Origin: Piedraia hortae CBS 480.64
Lineage: Eukaryota
Direction of reading: 5' to 3'
DNA: 64,000 nucleotides
Assembly (NCBI GenBank): GCA_010093745.1
Contig: MU005959.1
Location: 1 to 64,000, forward strand
Numbering within the stretch: position 1 is the first letter of the stretch; each line of letters starts with the position of its first letter. Position numbers and translations under genes: made by a program. The notes under the pieces are model-generated. The model saw only the letters and a program-made list of their open reading frames with translations, ran no database searches and was not told where the DNA came from. Positions 36,638 through 48,470 of the stretch are shown in pieces.

Positions 36638-37278
36638 CGACGACGTTCTGCTTCTAACTCTCGCTCCGCGTTACGGTAATATTTCGCCGTGTCGACGCCG
36701 TGGTGGTCGTGATTGACGAAATTGAACCACGGCATGATGTGGACGAAGACGCCGGAGTAGCGGCTTTGGCGGGCTGCTGCGCTTTGGAGGTATGATGATA
36801 GTGTGCTTTTTCCGTAGAGTGGTTCACCGCGTTTGACTTTATCCGTCATCTCGCGCATGTCCATTTCGACTTCACGTCGGTTTTCGGAGAAACCGTAGAA
36901 GCGGTTTACGGATCTTGTGTACACGAAGAAGAAGGCTGCCATTAATCCCACCCCCCCGCTGACACGCATGCACGACCGCCATTCCACCCGCGGGATGTTT
37001 GTGGGGGAGAAGCGTTCCATGGCGAGGATTCCCGCAGGAATCATGCTGCCCCAGAACGCCCCGACGGCGTAGTCGGATGGCCTCGCATAGCCGATTACGC
37101 GCTTGAAGTGGGGGTCGCAATCGATCAGCTGGGCGGTGTTAGTGGAGAGCTACTAATAGGAGGCTTTACGCACGGGATACTCGGAATTCAGCGCCGTGGG
37201 AAAGACACCGGCCGAGCGCCTCGTCTCGCCCAGCTCAGGGTACTCGGTCACGCTATGCACTTCTCTCTTGGGCTCCAT
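36634..37278 (-). CDS. NADH:ubiquinone oxidoreductase ~21 kDa fungal subunit (NUXM)
   Basis: EYP|LIDCDPHFKRVIGYARPSDY across intron 37173-37129; RFYGFSENRREVEMD; PWFNFVNHDHHGVDTAKYY. Confidence 0.9.
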
Positions 37279-37404
37279 GGTTGGCTGTCTGCCTCTCGCT
37301 GTCGTCGTCAATGTGGAGTCGAGCGGAGCGGACCGATGCAGCGGCCCGGCCCGTTTGACTTCAGGCCTGTTTGGCCCAAATAAATGTCCAGGCAAATTGC
37401 AACA

Positions 37405-40400
37405 ATGTCGCGGCCGACGGTGGACGATTTGACGGGTAACCATGCCCTCGCCGTCCTGGCGCAAAAAACATGGCTTCATAAACCCTCGAAAAAGGTCGCC
37501 CCAGCAACGATAAGGAAGCTCTGGCAAGAAGTAGAAAATGACCCGCAACCGCCGTTCTGCATCCTCCTCCTGGAACAATTACAAACGCTGGAAAAATACC
37601 TCTGGCCGGGGTTCACGGAGAAGAGCTCGGATGAACATGTTTTGCTGCTGGTACTGCTGGTCAACGCGAAACGAACCGACAACCTTCCCACCTGGTCGCT
37701 TTTCGCAGAAAGGCCGGCAGAGTTCGCGCTCTTCTTCCACAGAGTCGCAAGGCTTAGCATCGATCAGGCTGTACCTCTTCCTATGCGAACGCAGGTAGTC
37801 GTCTTCCTAATTGACGCGTTCCAAAGCCTGGATCATCATATCGTTAAAAAGGAATGCGCCCCGTTAATGTCGATTGGAATCTGGGAACACATTCACTCGG
37901 ATGAGCTGCGAGAGAAGATGGTGGCAAAGAGTCCCCTGCTGCAAAAGGCTTGGCGCGCTGCGAAGAAGAAGAAGAAGGATTCCGTCTTTGAACGCCGTTG
38001 GTTGAAGACTATTGTGGTAGACTTGATCTCCCTCGTCTATGACGTTGATTTACTCTCGCAGAGGCCGAGAGAATGTTTCAATCATGCAGAGAGGCTTTTG
38101 GAGTTGTTGTGTGACTTGCAGAGTAACCTTCCCACGAGGCGGTTCTTCAATTCCTTGATGCAGGACTTGAACCTGCTCCCTGCTGCCAAACTGTCGCCAA
38201 TGTACAGAGATAAAGACGCTGCCCGACTACGGGACATGTTCTCTCTGCTGCAGCACTACACTTACTTTCCTCTGGATGACTTGACAGGGAAACAGCTCAG
38301 CCGCGTTGAGTATGAAGAAGTCTACAACGCGAAAATTGCGCGACTACAGCTGAGCGCGTACAAACTCCAACCGGAGAAGCTCAAACTCCTGGTGACAGCC
38401 AACTATGGTAGCCTGGGAAAAAGGGATGAACTGCTAGGCCATCTTCAAGAACTCAATGATGCCGAGCTGGTGGAGCTATGCTCTGCAGTTGATCTTCGAA
38501 CCGAATACGAAGAGTTTCATATTGTGAATCGAGCGTTTCTAGAGGAAGTCTTGGCATCATTTGTCGAGTCGAGACCCTATTGCTCTGATGTCCTGAGTAA
38601 AATGAATGTCTTCCCAACAGAGAGCGAACTCAACAGTGATCTAATGCAATGGGTTGAAGACTACGACGGCACACAGGCGCTTCCTTTGCCCAAACTCAAC
38701 CTGCAGTTCCTCTCGTTGGGTGATTTTCTCTGGCGATCGTTTATGCTCTATAGAGGAGAGACATTCTACAGTATAGCCCGACATTTGCGAGATACGGTGG
38801 AGAAGATTAAGCCTCGCTTGAGGGATGGTCTGACCGTGTTCTCTGGCTCCTCCCCTATGGCTCTTCCTATTAGTTCGCCGGCCGTTGTTGATGTCCTGCC
38901 GCCGAGGATTGGGGAATTTGTCCCGGCCGAGGTGAAGTTGGAGATCGCTCTAGACACGGCCCATGCACAGCGCAGGGAATGGGAGAGCTTATGGCCTGAA
39001 AATGTGGTTTACTTGCTTGCTGTCAATGCTGGGGATGTGAGCAATGGCAATGCTTCCCAGCTGCCTATTAAAGCTTTGCGGTGTGCAGAGGTGATAAATG
39101 TCGTGGGTGACGATCGGAAACCCTGGAAGCCGGAGCAGGAGAACCAGGGAAAACCGCGTCTTTTGCTCCGCATGGATGCCATCTCCTACCAGGCAGATAA
39201 GGATGCAGGCAGAGATGTTGTTGACCAAATCAACGTTCTAATACGCAGACGAGCAAGAGAGAACAATTTCAAGGCGGTTCTTGATTCACTAAAACAGCTA
39301 GCCGTGTCTGAAGATGTTCCCCTGCCGTTGTGGTTTATGAATGTCTTCTTAGGATTGGGCGACCCAGCAGCTGCTTCTTACCCCAAGCTACCTAATCGAC
39401 TTGAGTCGATAGATTTTAGAGACACCTTCCTCAACTGGCAACATCTGGTGGAGACGCACCCTGGGAAAATCCTGGAGCCTGACCCAGACCAAGACTCGAG
39501 CTTCCCGCCACCGTATGTTCTCGAAACGAACCAAGCTACCTTACCTAGTAAGAAGCGGAAAAGGGAACAAGCTGAAGCGGTAGATGTTATCCAAGTATCT
39601 ACGTATGACCCACCGAACACAGGTCCCTTTCCCACGGATGCACCCAAGACGAATCAGATCCGCTTCACCCAGGCTCAGGTCGAGGCAATTACGTCCGGCA
39701 CTCAGCCTGGACTCACAGTCATTGTAGGACCGCCAGGAACAGGTAAAACAGACGTCACCACTCAGATCATCTCCAACATCTACCACAACTTTCCCACCCA
39801 GCGAACTGTTGTAATAGCCCACAGCAATCAAGCCTTGAACCAACTTTTCCAGAAGATCACCAAGCTGGACATTGACCCTCGCCATCTCCTGCGTCTGGGC
39901 CATGGTGAGGAGGAATTACAAACCGAAGCATCGTTCAGCAAAACGGGGCGAGTTGAATCATATCTCGAGCACGGTGCGAAATGCTTGGCAGAAGTCCAAC
40001 GTCTAGCAACTAGTATCAACGCCCCAGGGGCCCACGGAAGCAGCTGCGAAACAGCCGAATACTTCAACACCACCTGGATCCAGCCACGGTGGAAGCAATA
40101 CTGGAGCGGCATCGAATCCGGCGCTGACCCCGTCGCCACCTTTCCCTTTGCCACCTACTTCCTCACCGCACCGCAACCCCTCTTCCCCCCCAACAACCCC
40201 CACTCATCGCAAATCTCCATCGCCCGCGGCTGCGAGTCCTACCTAACCAAACTCTTCTCGGACATAAATCAAATCCACCCCTTTGAACTCCTCCGCAACG
40301 CACGGGACCGATCCAACTACCTCTTATTATCCAAAGCCCGCATCATCGCCATGACCTCAACCCACGCCTCCATCCACAGGCACCAAATCACCTCCCTCGG

Positions 40401-41340
40401 CTTCAGCTACACCAACCTTCTAATTGAAGAATCCGCACAAATCACCGAACCCGAAACCGTCATCCCTCTTGTCATGCAACCCCGTTCCAACCTCTCCCGC
40501 ATAATCCTAATCGGGGACCACCTCCAAAATCGGCCCATAACCTCGCATTCTGCATTCTCATCCCTCGCGCAATCAACCTTTGAACGTCTTGTACGATTAC
40601 ACGTCCCAAGCGTAACCCTCAACTCCCAAGGCCGCGCCCGTCCAACAATCGCAGAGCTCTACAAATGGCGCTACCCTACCCTCACCAACCTCCCCCTAAC
40701 CACCAAAGAACCATTCACCCTCGCCAACCCCGGGCTAAGGTGGGAATATCAGTTCATATCCCTCCCCTCATCTACTGAAACGTGCCCGACGAAGGGGTAT
40801 TACCAGAACCTCGCAGAAGCAGAGTTCGTGGTGGCGATGTATCAGTACCTCCGCCTGTTGGACTACCCTAAGGAGAGGATCACGATCCTCACCCCATATG
40901 CGGGGCAAAAGGCACTGATCAGGGATGTGGTACGTCATCGGTGTGGGGGAGTTTACTTTGGAGAGCCAAAGTGGGTCGGTACGGTTGATAAGTACCAGGG
41001 CGAGGAGAATGATTTTGTGATTCTTTCGATGGTTAGGACAAAGGGACTAGGGTACCTTAGGGAGAGGAGGAGGATTACGGTCGCGCTTTCGAGGGCGAGG
41101 CTGGGGTTGTATGTGGTTGGGAAGGGGGAAGTTTTTGAACGTGTGGAGGGGTTTGGGGGGTTGATGACTAGGCAAGGGGGGTTGGGGCTCGTCGTGGGGG
41201 AGATGTGGGGTGTTACGAGGAGAGGGGTGGGGGAGGAGGTACCCCCTGAGAGAGTGAGGGTTGTGGATTCCCCGGAGGTGCTGGGGGAGTTGGTTTTTGA
41301 GATGGCGAGGGAGAGGGGGGTGAATGATGGGGATGGATAG
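37405..41340 (+). CDS. CWF11: Intron-binding spliceosomal helicase Aquarius/Cwf11
   Basis: LEKYLWP, DLQSNLPTRRF, LPKLNLQFL, ENNFKAVL, VIVGPPGTGKTDV, TVDKYQG, VALSRARLGLY. Alternative ATG at 37384. Confidence 0.93.
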   Translation: MSRPTVDDLTGNHALAVLAQKTWLHKPSKKVAPATIRKLWQEVENDPQPPFCILLLEQLQTLEKYLWPGFTEKSSDEHVLLLVLLVNAKRTDNLPTWSLFAERPAEFALFFHRVARLSIDQAVPLPMRTQVVVFLIDAFQSLDHHIVKKECAPLMSIGIWEHIHSDELREKMVAKSPLLQKAWRAAKKKKKDSVFERRWLKTIVVDLISLVYDVDLLSQRPRECFNHAERLLELLCDLQSNLPTRRFFNSLMQDLNLLPAAKLSPMYRDKDAARLRDMFSLLQHYTYFPLDDLTGKQLSRVEYEEVYNAKIARLQLSAYKLQPEKLKLLVTANYGSLGKRDELLGHLQELNDAELVELCSAVDLRTEYEEFHIVNRAFLEEVLASFVESRPYCSDVLSKMNVFPTESELNSDLMQWVEDYDGTQALPLPKLNLQFLSLGDFLWRSFMLYRGETFYSIARHLRDTVEKIKPRLRDGLTVFSGSSPMALPISSPAVVDVLPPRIGEFVPAEVKLEIALDTAHAQRREWESLWPENVVYLLAVNAGDVSNGNASQLPIKALRCAEVINVVGDDRKPWKPEQENQGKPRLLLRMDAISYQADKDAGRDVVDQINVLIRRRARENNFKAVLDSLKQLAVSEDVPLPLWFMNVFLGLGDPAAASYPKLPNRLESIDFRDTFLNWQHLVETHPGKILEPDPDQDSSFPPPYVLETNQATLPSKKRKREQAEAVDVIQVSTYDPPNTGPFPTDAPKTNQIRFTQAQVEAITSGTQPGLTVIVGPPGTGKTDVTTQIISNIYHNFPTQRTVVIAHSNQALNQLFQKITKLDIDPRHLLRLGHGEEELQTEASFSKTGRVESYLEHGAKCLAEVQRLATSINAPGAHGSSCETAEYFNTTWIQPRWKQYWSGIESGADPVATFPFATYFLTAPQPLFPPNNPHSSQISIARGCESYLTKLFSDINQIHPFELLRNARDRSNYLLLSKARIIAMTSTHASIHRHQITSLGFSYTNLLIEESAQITEPETVIPLVMQPRSNLSRIILIGDHLQNRPITSHSAFSSLAQSTFERLVRLHVPSVTLNSQGRARPTIAELYKWRYPTLTNLPLTTKEPFTLANPGLRWEYQFISLPSSTETCPTKGYYQNLAEAEFVVAMYQYLRLLDYPKERITILTPYAGQKALIRDVVRHRCGGVYFGEPKWVGTVDKYQGEENDFVILSMVRTKGLGYLRERRRITVALSRARLGLYVVGKGEVFERVEGFGGLMTRQGGLGLVVGEMWGVTRRGVGEEVPPERVRVVDSPEVLGELVFEMARERGVNDGDG

Positions 41341-41882
41341 GTGAGAGGTTGTACGAGATATTTTTCGTTCAGAGTGGGTTTACTCTTCTGTGTAATTGGA
41401 TACATCGGTAAGAGATGTGCGAGGATAATGGGGGTTTAGTATGCTGGCATGCAAGCGGAACCGTTACCTGGAATTGAGGCCTCACGTTCAGTCAAGAGTG
41501 ATTCCAGCCCAGTTGGCGCTATAGATATGATTCGATTTGTATGTCAAAGTGGACGGTATAACAAAGGATAGTACAGCTCCTATATAGGTTGATGCGGAAA
41601 GCACTTGAGTGTTAAAATCGCTTGGTAGGGCTAACTAGCTGAAACATCCCCAAAGTGGAACACTGCATGCTCAAAAGGTTCAAAAAGCTGACAAACTGGT
41701 ATCAACAATTACTTGCGCATGTATCGTATCTCTAGATAGTTACAATTTTTTGCCGATCTTGGCTTCCCCGATCATGTAATAGCCCCAGTCTTCAGCCATC
41801 TGTTCTGATTTTGACGTTTTGTGGTGTCCGTGCGGGGAAACGCTTGGCTCGCCCCACCTGCAACCTCACCTCTTACGACAAC

Positions 41883-42415
41883 ATGTCAAACAAAACCCTG
41901 ACATTTGTGCGCTCAGTCTGGGAGTGAGTTTCCATCTGTAGACTTTCATCCCAACTCACGTATGTTTTTCAACCAGCTCCTTTCGCGCCACATCCGGCCT
42001 CGAACCACGGCTTCTAAATAACCTCCAAATCCTTACTGCCCGCCCAGGAAATGTAACCTTCTCCCTCCCTATAGAAGGCCATCACACCAACCGTCTCAAA
42101 ATTCTCCATGGCGGCACCATAGCATGCATGACCGATCTGGGCGGATCCCTTGCCGTCGCCTCCAACGAATTGCATGCCACCGGCGTTACGACCGATTTAA
42201 ATGTTACGTACTTATCCTCCGGCGGCAAAGTGGGAGACACTATCCTTGCAGAAGCCATCTGCGACAAGATCGGGAAGAACCTAGCATTTACAGAAGTGAG
42301 ATTCAAGGATGAGAAGACGGGGGAGCTAGTCGCGAGGGGGAGCCATACGAAATTCGTGCGGCGGGCGTGGGAGGAGAAGGAGAAGAACAATAATAACAAC
42401 AAGGGTGTATCATAG
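41883..42415 (+). CDS. Hotdog-fold acyl-CoA thioesterase (PaaI/ACOT13-like)
   Basis: Intron 41924-41976; HTNRLKILHGGTIACMTDLGGSLA, TGVTTDLNVTYLS, ARGSHTKF. Confidence 0.9.
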
Positions 42416-42540
42416 ACGCTGTCACGTCGTTATGAAAGACGATGACAAACTTCTCTTGAATGTACAAGGGAATGTCGACTATTGACGTTTTGTTTTCTGT
42501 TGCCCGCGTCTTTTCTTCCACCGACAAAATTTACCACACA

Positions 42541-45500
42541 ATGGCCAACAGATCTACGCAAACCAAGGCTTCGGCCGCGGTCGTGCATGAGCGCTCGCTA
42601 CGGTTTAGGGACCACTCTCCCATGGTGTTGAAACTAAAGCAACTAGGCCTAGGCACGCCGAAACCCGGCAAAATGGAGCAACTAGCCACATTCTACAAAC
42701 GGAACATGGATGGATTCAGAAAGAAATACGGTCCGAACCACCCGCTGACGATGAAAACGACCGAAACGCTCAGTCACATCTACACCTTTCTGGGCAGGCT
42801 GGATGATGCGGCAGCACTCCTACCCTCTCCCAACATTAAACACACCGCCCCCTTCCATTATAGTGACCTAGATAAAGCCCATCACGCGGGCACGGTGCAC
42901 CTAATCCTCGGTAACGCCTCACCCGCCACTGAGCATCTCCAACTCGCCTGGTCCAAAAAAGACCGTATCCTCCCCCCTACAGCCCTGAAAACCCATGAAC
43001 TAGCCTACACTCTAGGCAGTCTCTACCGCCAAACCTCCCACCCAAACCTTTCCGCCCCTCTCCTCCACCAATCAATCGCAGGCTTCACCACCCACGGCGA
43101 CTCAGCAGTCGACCTCCGCTTGGGGGCTACACTCGAACTCGCCCTCCTCTCCCTAACCCAAAACCAACCCCTCCAATGCGAGAGCCTCCTCCTCTCAGCC
43201 GCGACGTTCTCAACCCAAACCCTCGGACCAAATAACCTCATCGCAATCTCCGCAGCCGAACACCTCGGCACGCTCTACTCAACCCTCAACCGTTCCGCGG
43301 ACGCGGAAGTGTGGTTGTTAAGGTGTATTGAGATGATGAATGACAAGTTGGGGAAGTTCCACCCCGCGCTGGAAACGCCGCTTACGATGCTGGCTGAGGT
43401 GTTTATCAAGGAGGCGAGGTTGGAGGCTGCGATGGAGGCTGCGAAGAAGGCGCATCTCCTGAGTTGTGCGGATGGGGGGCCGTCGGTTAGGGCTCTCGCG
43501 TTGTTGGGGAGGACGAGTGCGAAGCTGGGGAGGTATGAAGAGGCGGTTGAGATGCTGGAGGTTGTGAGACGGAATGCGAGAAGGGATGAGAGGGAGGTTG
43601 TGGTTGCGTGTGTTGAGCTCGGGGTTGTGTATATCAAGCTTGGTAGGGTGGAGGAGGGGAGGGAGTTGTTGAGGGAGGAGCAGATGAGGTTGAAGAGGTT
43701 GGGGTTGGGTAAGTCGAACCTCGTGGGAGAGGTGGAAAGGTATTTGCGTTTGTGGTGTGTTAGGGAGAGGAAGTTGGGTGAGGGTTTGAGGTTTTTTAAT
43801 GCGGTTGTTGGGTGGGCGTGGAAGGATAAAGAGGTGATGGAGGCGGTGAGGTGTAGGGCCGCCAGGGCGGAAAGGGATGAGATTAGAGCTGATACCGGGC
43901 CTGGGTCGGAGGAAGCGGCGGTAAAGCTGGACGGGCTGGATGGGCGTGGACGTGCGGTGGACGAGGCAAAGTCTCTGCCTAATGGCTTGACTACACATCC
44001 GACTGGATTAGGCTCCAAAGAAGCGGCGGATCTGCCTGATGAGGCCGGGCAGCAGGAGACCAAAAGTGAGCAGATATGCTCGAACGAAGCGGAAAATGTC
44101 ACTATTAGTAATGCTATAGAGCAGCCACCGCAACATCAGCCTCTTGAAAAAGACAAAATGTCCGAATCGCAGAAAAAACGTCAGAAACCAAAGGAGAAGA
44201 AGCAAAGGATGCGTGAAAAAAGTGGCAATTATTCATCCACTAATGAAGCTACGACCTCGAAGCCGCCTGCTCGGCCTGAACATGTCATGGGCGATGCAAG
44301 TTCTCTGAATAATGGCTCGACCACGCATATGTCTGAAACAGGCCCTGAAGGAACGAAAATTGAGCAACAGTGCTTGGACGAAGCAAACGCTACCCGCGAA
44401 ACAGGAGCTCGCTCTCAGCTGCCTCCTCATGAAACAGACGCACAATCCGATCAGAATAGTCAGGACGCACCATTTCAGCAGCCCCCTCAGAAAGGAAAGC
44501 TCACAGAGACGCAGAAGCAACGGCATAAGGAGAAGCTCAAGAAGTCCAAGAAGCAGAGGTTGCGCGAACAAAGTACCAATCATTCAAATCAGGTACGGGC
44601 CGCTGATGACACTACGGTCTGGGAGCCGCCTGTCCAGCCTAATCATGTTGCAGAAGCTACAGCTCCAGATGATCCTGAACATGCTACAAGGCTTTTATTC
44701 CATGAGCAACAGCCGCTGACATCGGAAAATCTAGACCCAGGTGAAGTGGTCCACCTCTCCGAAGTTCAGGACACTCAAATCATGAATACACCCGCACAGA
44801 ACAAACCTGCCACCGAAACCAAGATCAAAGAGCCGACAATCCTTCTTTCGCCTAATGCAAGTATACCATCAGACCAGCCCATCCAGCCACTCGAACTCAC
44901 AAAATCACAAAAGCAGAGAGCAAAGCGCAAAAGACAGAAACTTCGAAGTCAGCGCGATGCGTTTCTCGATGAGTTTGAACGTCTTGCGGCTTCTTCCAAG
45001 GATTCGTTGAGTTTGGAGGATACAAGCTCAAGTGAATGGAAAGATCGATCTGATGATGGAGAGACTGGAACCGGGCGAGAGTATGCAGATGAGAATACAG
45101 ATTGTGAGATGGGGACTAGTCCTGAGCTGTATCCGCAGGAGCAAGGCGGAACGTCTGATCAGAGTCAGCAGCGTACTGAAGGAGAGAAATTGACCAAATC
45201 GCAGATGAAGAGGCAGAGGCAGAAACTTAGGAGGCAGCAGCAAGAAATGGAGGGTCATGAGGGTCAGGAAGCGTCCACTGATGACGCTGATGAAGCTACC
45301 TCGGAGCAGGCTGACCACGTCACGGAGGGTGCAGTTCCGGATGAGCAAAAGTCTCTGACCAACGACTCTACCACTCAGCAGCCACAGCCATCGACATCGG
45401 AAGACATATTCTCAGACGAAGTAACCCATCTCCCTGACGATGACACCAGAACAGAGGAAACTCAGGTAGAGAACAATCCTGCCACCAAAACTGAATCAAC

Positions 45501-46359
45501 ACTCCTCCCTCCCGAGCCAAGCCCACAACCAAATAGAAAGGTCAACTTCACGAAGACGCAGAGGGAAAAACAAAAGAAGAAGAGGCAGAGAATGCGTCAC
45601 CAAAGTGGAAATCATTCGCAGGAAGAGGTGGCTAAGCTTCCCGTTGAAGAGGTTCGGGAATTATTAGGGGACAATAGTGTCGAGTCTGGGATTGAGGAGC
45701 CCGTTCAAGAGAAGGAAACTCTTGCGAGGGCACCGATTTCGAATTGTTTTGGGTTTATGGGAGTGGATATTTCAATTTATGAGGGAGGTAGTTGTGCGGG
45801 AATAGGGGAAGGGGGGGCAGATGGACTGGCGGAAGGTGAAAATATTGCACCGGCGGAGCCGGAAGGCAATACACTAGCGAAGACGAAGGCAGAAGCGTCA
45901 ACAGACATACCAGTCAATGGTCCAGCCAACGGACCAGTCTCGCCGCCGGTTAATGAATCGGGGAAAATGGAAGATTCGGGTCGTGCGTCAACTTATTTCT
46001 CAGCGAATACGGCAGCCAACACAGCAGCCAATGCTCCAGCCAACGCTTCATTCAACGCAGCAGTCAACGCAGCAGCCATCGTCTCAGCGCCAGCGCCAGC
46101 GAACCCACGCGCAACAGCACCATCCGCACCAGTGCTGTTATACACCAGCAGCATTCTAACCCTCCCCCTAGGACCCTCCACCCAAGCAACCATCCGCGAG
46201 AGCACGATACGTATCGGCGACTTACAAGCTCTTTACCGCCAAGCCAAACACGACTGGAAACTAAGAGACGCGCTGAAGGGGCTGATGGCGGGGTGTGGTA
46301 CTGTTGAGGAGGTGAGGGTTGTTCAACAGGCTTGGAGGGAGATGGGTGGGAGGGATTAG
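42541..46359 (+). CDS. TPR-repeat protein with long disordered repetitive C-terminus
   Basis: ~1270-aa ORF with TPR_10/12-like units (GPNHPLTMKT..L, LGPNNLIAISAAEHLG, LGKFHPAL) and five basic motif copies. Confidence 0.75.
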   Translation: MANRSTQTKASAAVVHERSLRFRDHSPMVLKLKQLGLGTPKPGKMEQLATFYKRNMDGFRKKYGPNHPLTMKTTETLSHIYTFLGRLDDAAALLPSPNIKHTAPFHYSDLDKAHHAGTVHLILGNASPATEHLQLAWSKKDRILPPTALKTHELAYTLGSLYRQTSHPNLSAPLLHQSIAGFTTHGDSAVDLRLGATLELALLSLTQNQPLQCESLLLSAATFSTQTLGPNNLIAISAAEHLGTLYSTLNRSADAEVWLLRCIEMMNDKLGKFHPALETPLTMLAEVFIKEARLEAAMEAAKKAHLLSCADGGPSVRALALLGRTSAKLGRYEEAVEMLEVVRRNARRDEREVVVACVELGVVYIKLGRVEEGRELLREEQMRLKRLGLGKSNLVGEVERYLRLWCVRERKLGEGLRFFNAVVGWAWKDKEVMEAVRCRAARAERDEIRADTGPGSEEAAVKLDGLDGRGRAVDEAKSLPNGLTTHPTGLGSKEAADLPDEAGQQETKSEQICSNEAENVTISNAIEQPPQHQPLEKDKMSESQKKRQKPKEKKQRMREKSGNYSSTNEATTSKPPARPEHVMGDASSLNNGSTTHMSETGPEGTKIEQQCLDEANATRETGARSQLPPHETDAQSDQNSQDAPFQQPPQKGKLTETQKQRHKEKLKKSKKQRLREQSTNHSNQVRAADDTTVWEPPVQPNHVAEATAPDDPEHATRLLFHEQQPLTSENLDPGEVVHLSEVQDTQIMNTPAQNKPATETKIKEPTILLSPNASIPSDQPIQPLELTKSQKQRAKRKRQKLRSQRDAFLDEFERLAASSKDSLSLEDTSSSEWKDRSDDGETGTGREYADENTDCEMGTSPELYPQEQGGTSDQSQQRTEGEKLTKSQMKRQRQKLRRQQQEMEGHEGQEASTDDADEATSEQADHVTEGAVPDEQKSLTNDSTTQQPQPSTSEDIFSDEVTHLPDDDTRTEETQVENNPATKTESTLLPPEPSPQPNRKVNFTKTQREKQKKKRQRMRHQSGNHSQEEVAKLPVEEVRELLGDNSVESGIEEPVQEKETLARAPISNCFGFMGVDISIYEGGSCAGIGEGGADGLAEGENIAPAEPEGNTLAKTKAEASTDIPVNGPANGPVSPPVNESGKMEDSGRASTYFSANTAANTAANAPANASFNAAVNAAAIVSAPAPANPRATAPSAPVLLYTSSILTLPLGPSTQATIRESTIRIGDLQALYRQAKHDWKLRDALKGLMAGCGTVEEVRVVQQAWREMGGRD

Positions 46360-47389
46360 GGGATAGGGTAGGGTAGTTTTCGATGGTCTCGGTTTTCTAT
46401 AATTCTCTTCGGATGTCGTCTGGTCCATTCTGTCAAAGGACGAATTGCGTATGTTTTATGCCTCTGATATCTGTTCACGATCTGAATACCAGTTTTTTTC
46501 TGGCACTTGTGCTGAGCTAGGAGAGCAGGGCCGTTCCAACATGAGTTACGGATGTTGGGAAGATAGTTTAAGCGCTGGCTAAGCTGTATATCGAGTAGTT
46601 GAGAATATGCCATTTGCACATTCACGCAGGTAGGAGAAATATGTTCGAGGATGCCATTGTCCTTTTCCAACCAAACACCACTGACTACACCATTCTCGTA
46701 ATCGACAAAGCCCATTTCATCTTTGATGGATGCCCAACCACGGAGTGGTCACTAGAGCATAACCCGAAAACTATCACCCCAAGTGTTGTGTGCCTGTATA
46801 ACTACCGAGGTCCCAGCACCGCTCAGGGGCTGCTTTGGCTGTCCAACCGCTTCACGCAGACCAGGATCAGTGCCACCCCAACCTGATAGCCACACGGAAT
46901 CTCGCTGGCCAAAGCTCCGGCTGTCACCACTGAATGTCAGCCTCCATTCCTCTTTCCTGATAGATTTTTAGGGCCGTATATAACGTCATCCTCAACACAG
47001 AAATGATTTACTGCGGGAATTATACCCTTCAGACGATTTCTACGGGTTGGTGGGTCCTGTGTGTGTCTGCGTGCCAAGAACTGTGGGGAATGCTGGTTGA
47101 TGTTCGATACGTGTAATGCCAGGCTGATTTTGACGATAAAAGTATGTAGACATTATCACGAATATAGGTACCAATACGAGCGGAGCATGACTAAGCGTAT
47201 TTTCCTGGGCTTTTGCCCATAGCAAGGTGTAAAGACTGAGTTCGTGTAATTCAAATGATCGAGGGAGTGAGTTTAAGGGAAATGCTTTATGTCATTGATG
47301 TTGGTCGAGTTCAAAGCATTTGGTCGACAGGTGACCTGCGGGGTGGGGCACGTTGAAGCAACTCTTTTCAGAAGCTGCAAAATCCAACA

Positions 47390-48463
47390 ATGTCGCATCA
47401 AGAAAACCATACCTCCGCCATCACCGACGCGCCCCTAACAACAATCGAACTCAGCTACCCCAAGCTCGCAAGCGGCAAAGTGCGCGAAATCTTCGACATC
47501 GGCTCTGAAAAACTCCTCTTCGTCGCTACAGATCGCATATCAGCCTACGACGCGATCCTCAAAAACGGCATCCCAAGCAAAGGCATAATCTTAACCCAAC
47601 TCTCAGCCCACTGGTTCAAGCTCTTAACTGTAAAATTTCCCAAGATCAAACACCACATGCTCACAACAGAGTTACCGAGTTCAATTTCTCAGGAAGAGAA
47701 GTCTTGTCTGACTGGACGGTGTATGCAGGTCCGTCGCTTGCCTGTTGTGCCTATAGAGTCGATTGTGCGAGGTTACCTCACTGGCTCTGCGTGGGTAGAG
47801 TACCAGGCGAAGGGAACCGTGCATGGGATTCAAATGCCTGCTGGGTTGAAAGAGAGTGAGAAGTTGGAAAGTCCAATTTGGACGCCAAGCACAAAAGCCG
47901 AGGCTGGCGCTAATGATGAGAATATCTCCCCCGACATGGCAAGAGACCTTGTGGGAGTAGAGTTGGGTAGGAGGATTGAGGAGGCTTCGTTGAAGGTTTA
48001 CGAGTTTGTATGTTTTGTTTTGATTTGTTAATCCTTTCTCGTACTAATTTATGGTGATGATGCAGGCACGTGATTATGCTGAAGAGCGTGGGATTTTGCT
48101 CGCTGATACCAAGTTTGAGTTTGCGCATGATCCTGATACTGGGGATTTGGTGCTCGTTGATGAGGTCTTGACGCCTGATTCTTCGAGGTTTTGGGCAAAG
48201 GAGAAGTATTGTGTTGGACAGGGTCAGGAGAGCTTTGATAAGGTATGCTGATGTTTGGACGTTTGAGACATTGCTGACGCTGGGTTACATAGCAATTTTT
48301 AAGAGACTGGCTAGTCTCATCGGGCCAAAAGGGCATGTCTGGCGTTGAAATGCCGAATGAGATTGTCAAGAAAACGCTGGAAAAGTACTTTGAGGCGTAC
48401 AGGTTGCTGACGGGTAGGCAAGATTTGCGAGTCTGGTTCAATGGGGAGCCGATAAGGGATTGA
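47390..48463 (+). CDS. ADE1: SAICAR synthetase
   Basis: [53 protein letters not shown]. Introns 48008-48065 and 48243-48292. Confidence 0.96.
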
Positions 48464-48470
48464 AATTGCT

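Noticed and set aside
46599..46886. ORF with LVIDKAH resembling a helicase DExH Walker B motif
   Set aside because: Single short degenerate motif with no other helicase motifs nearby.
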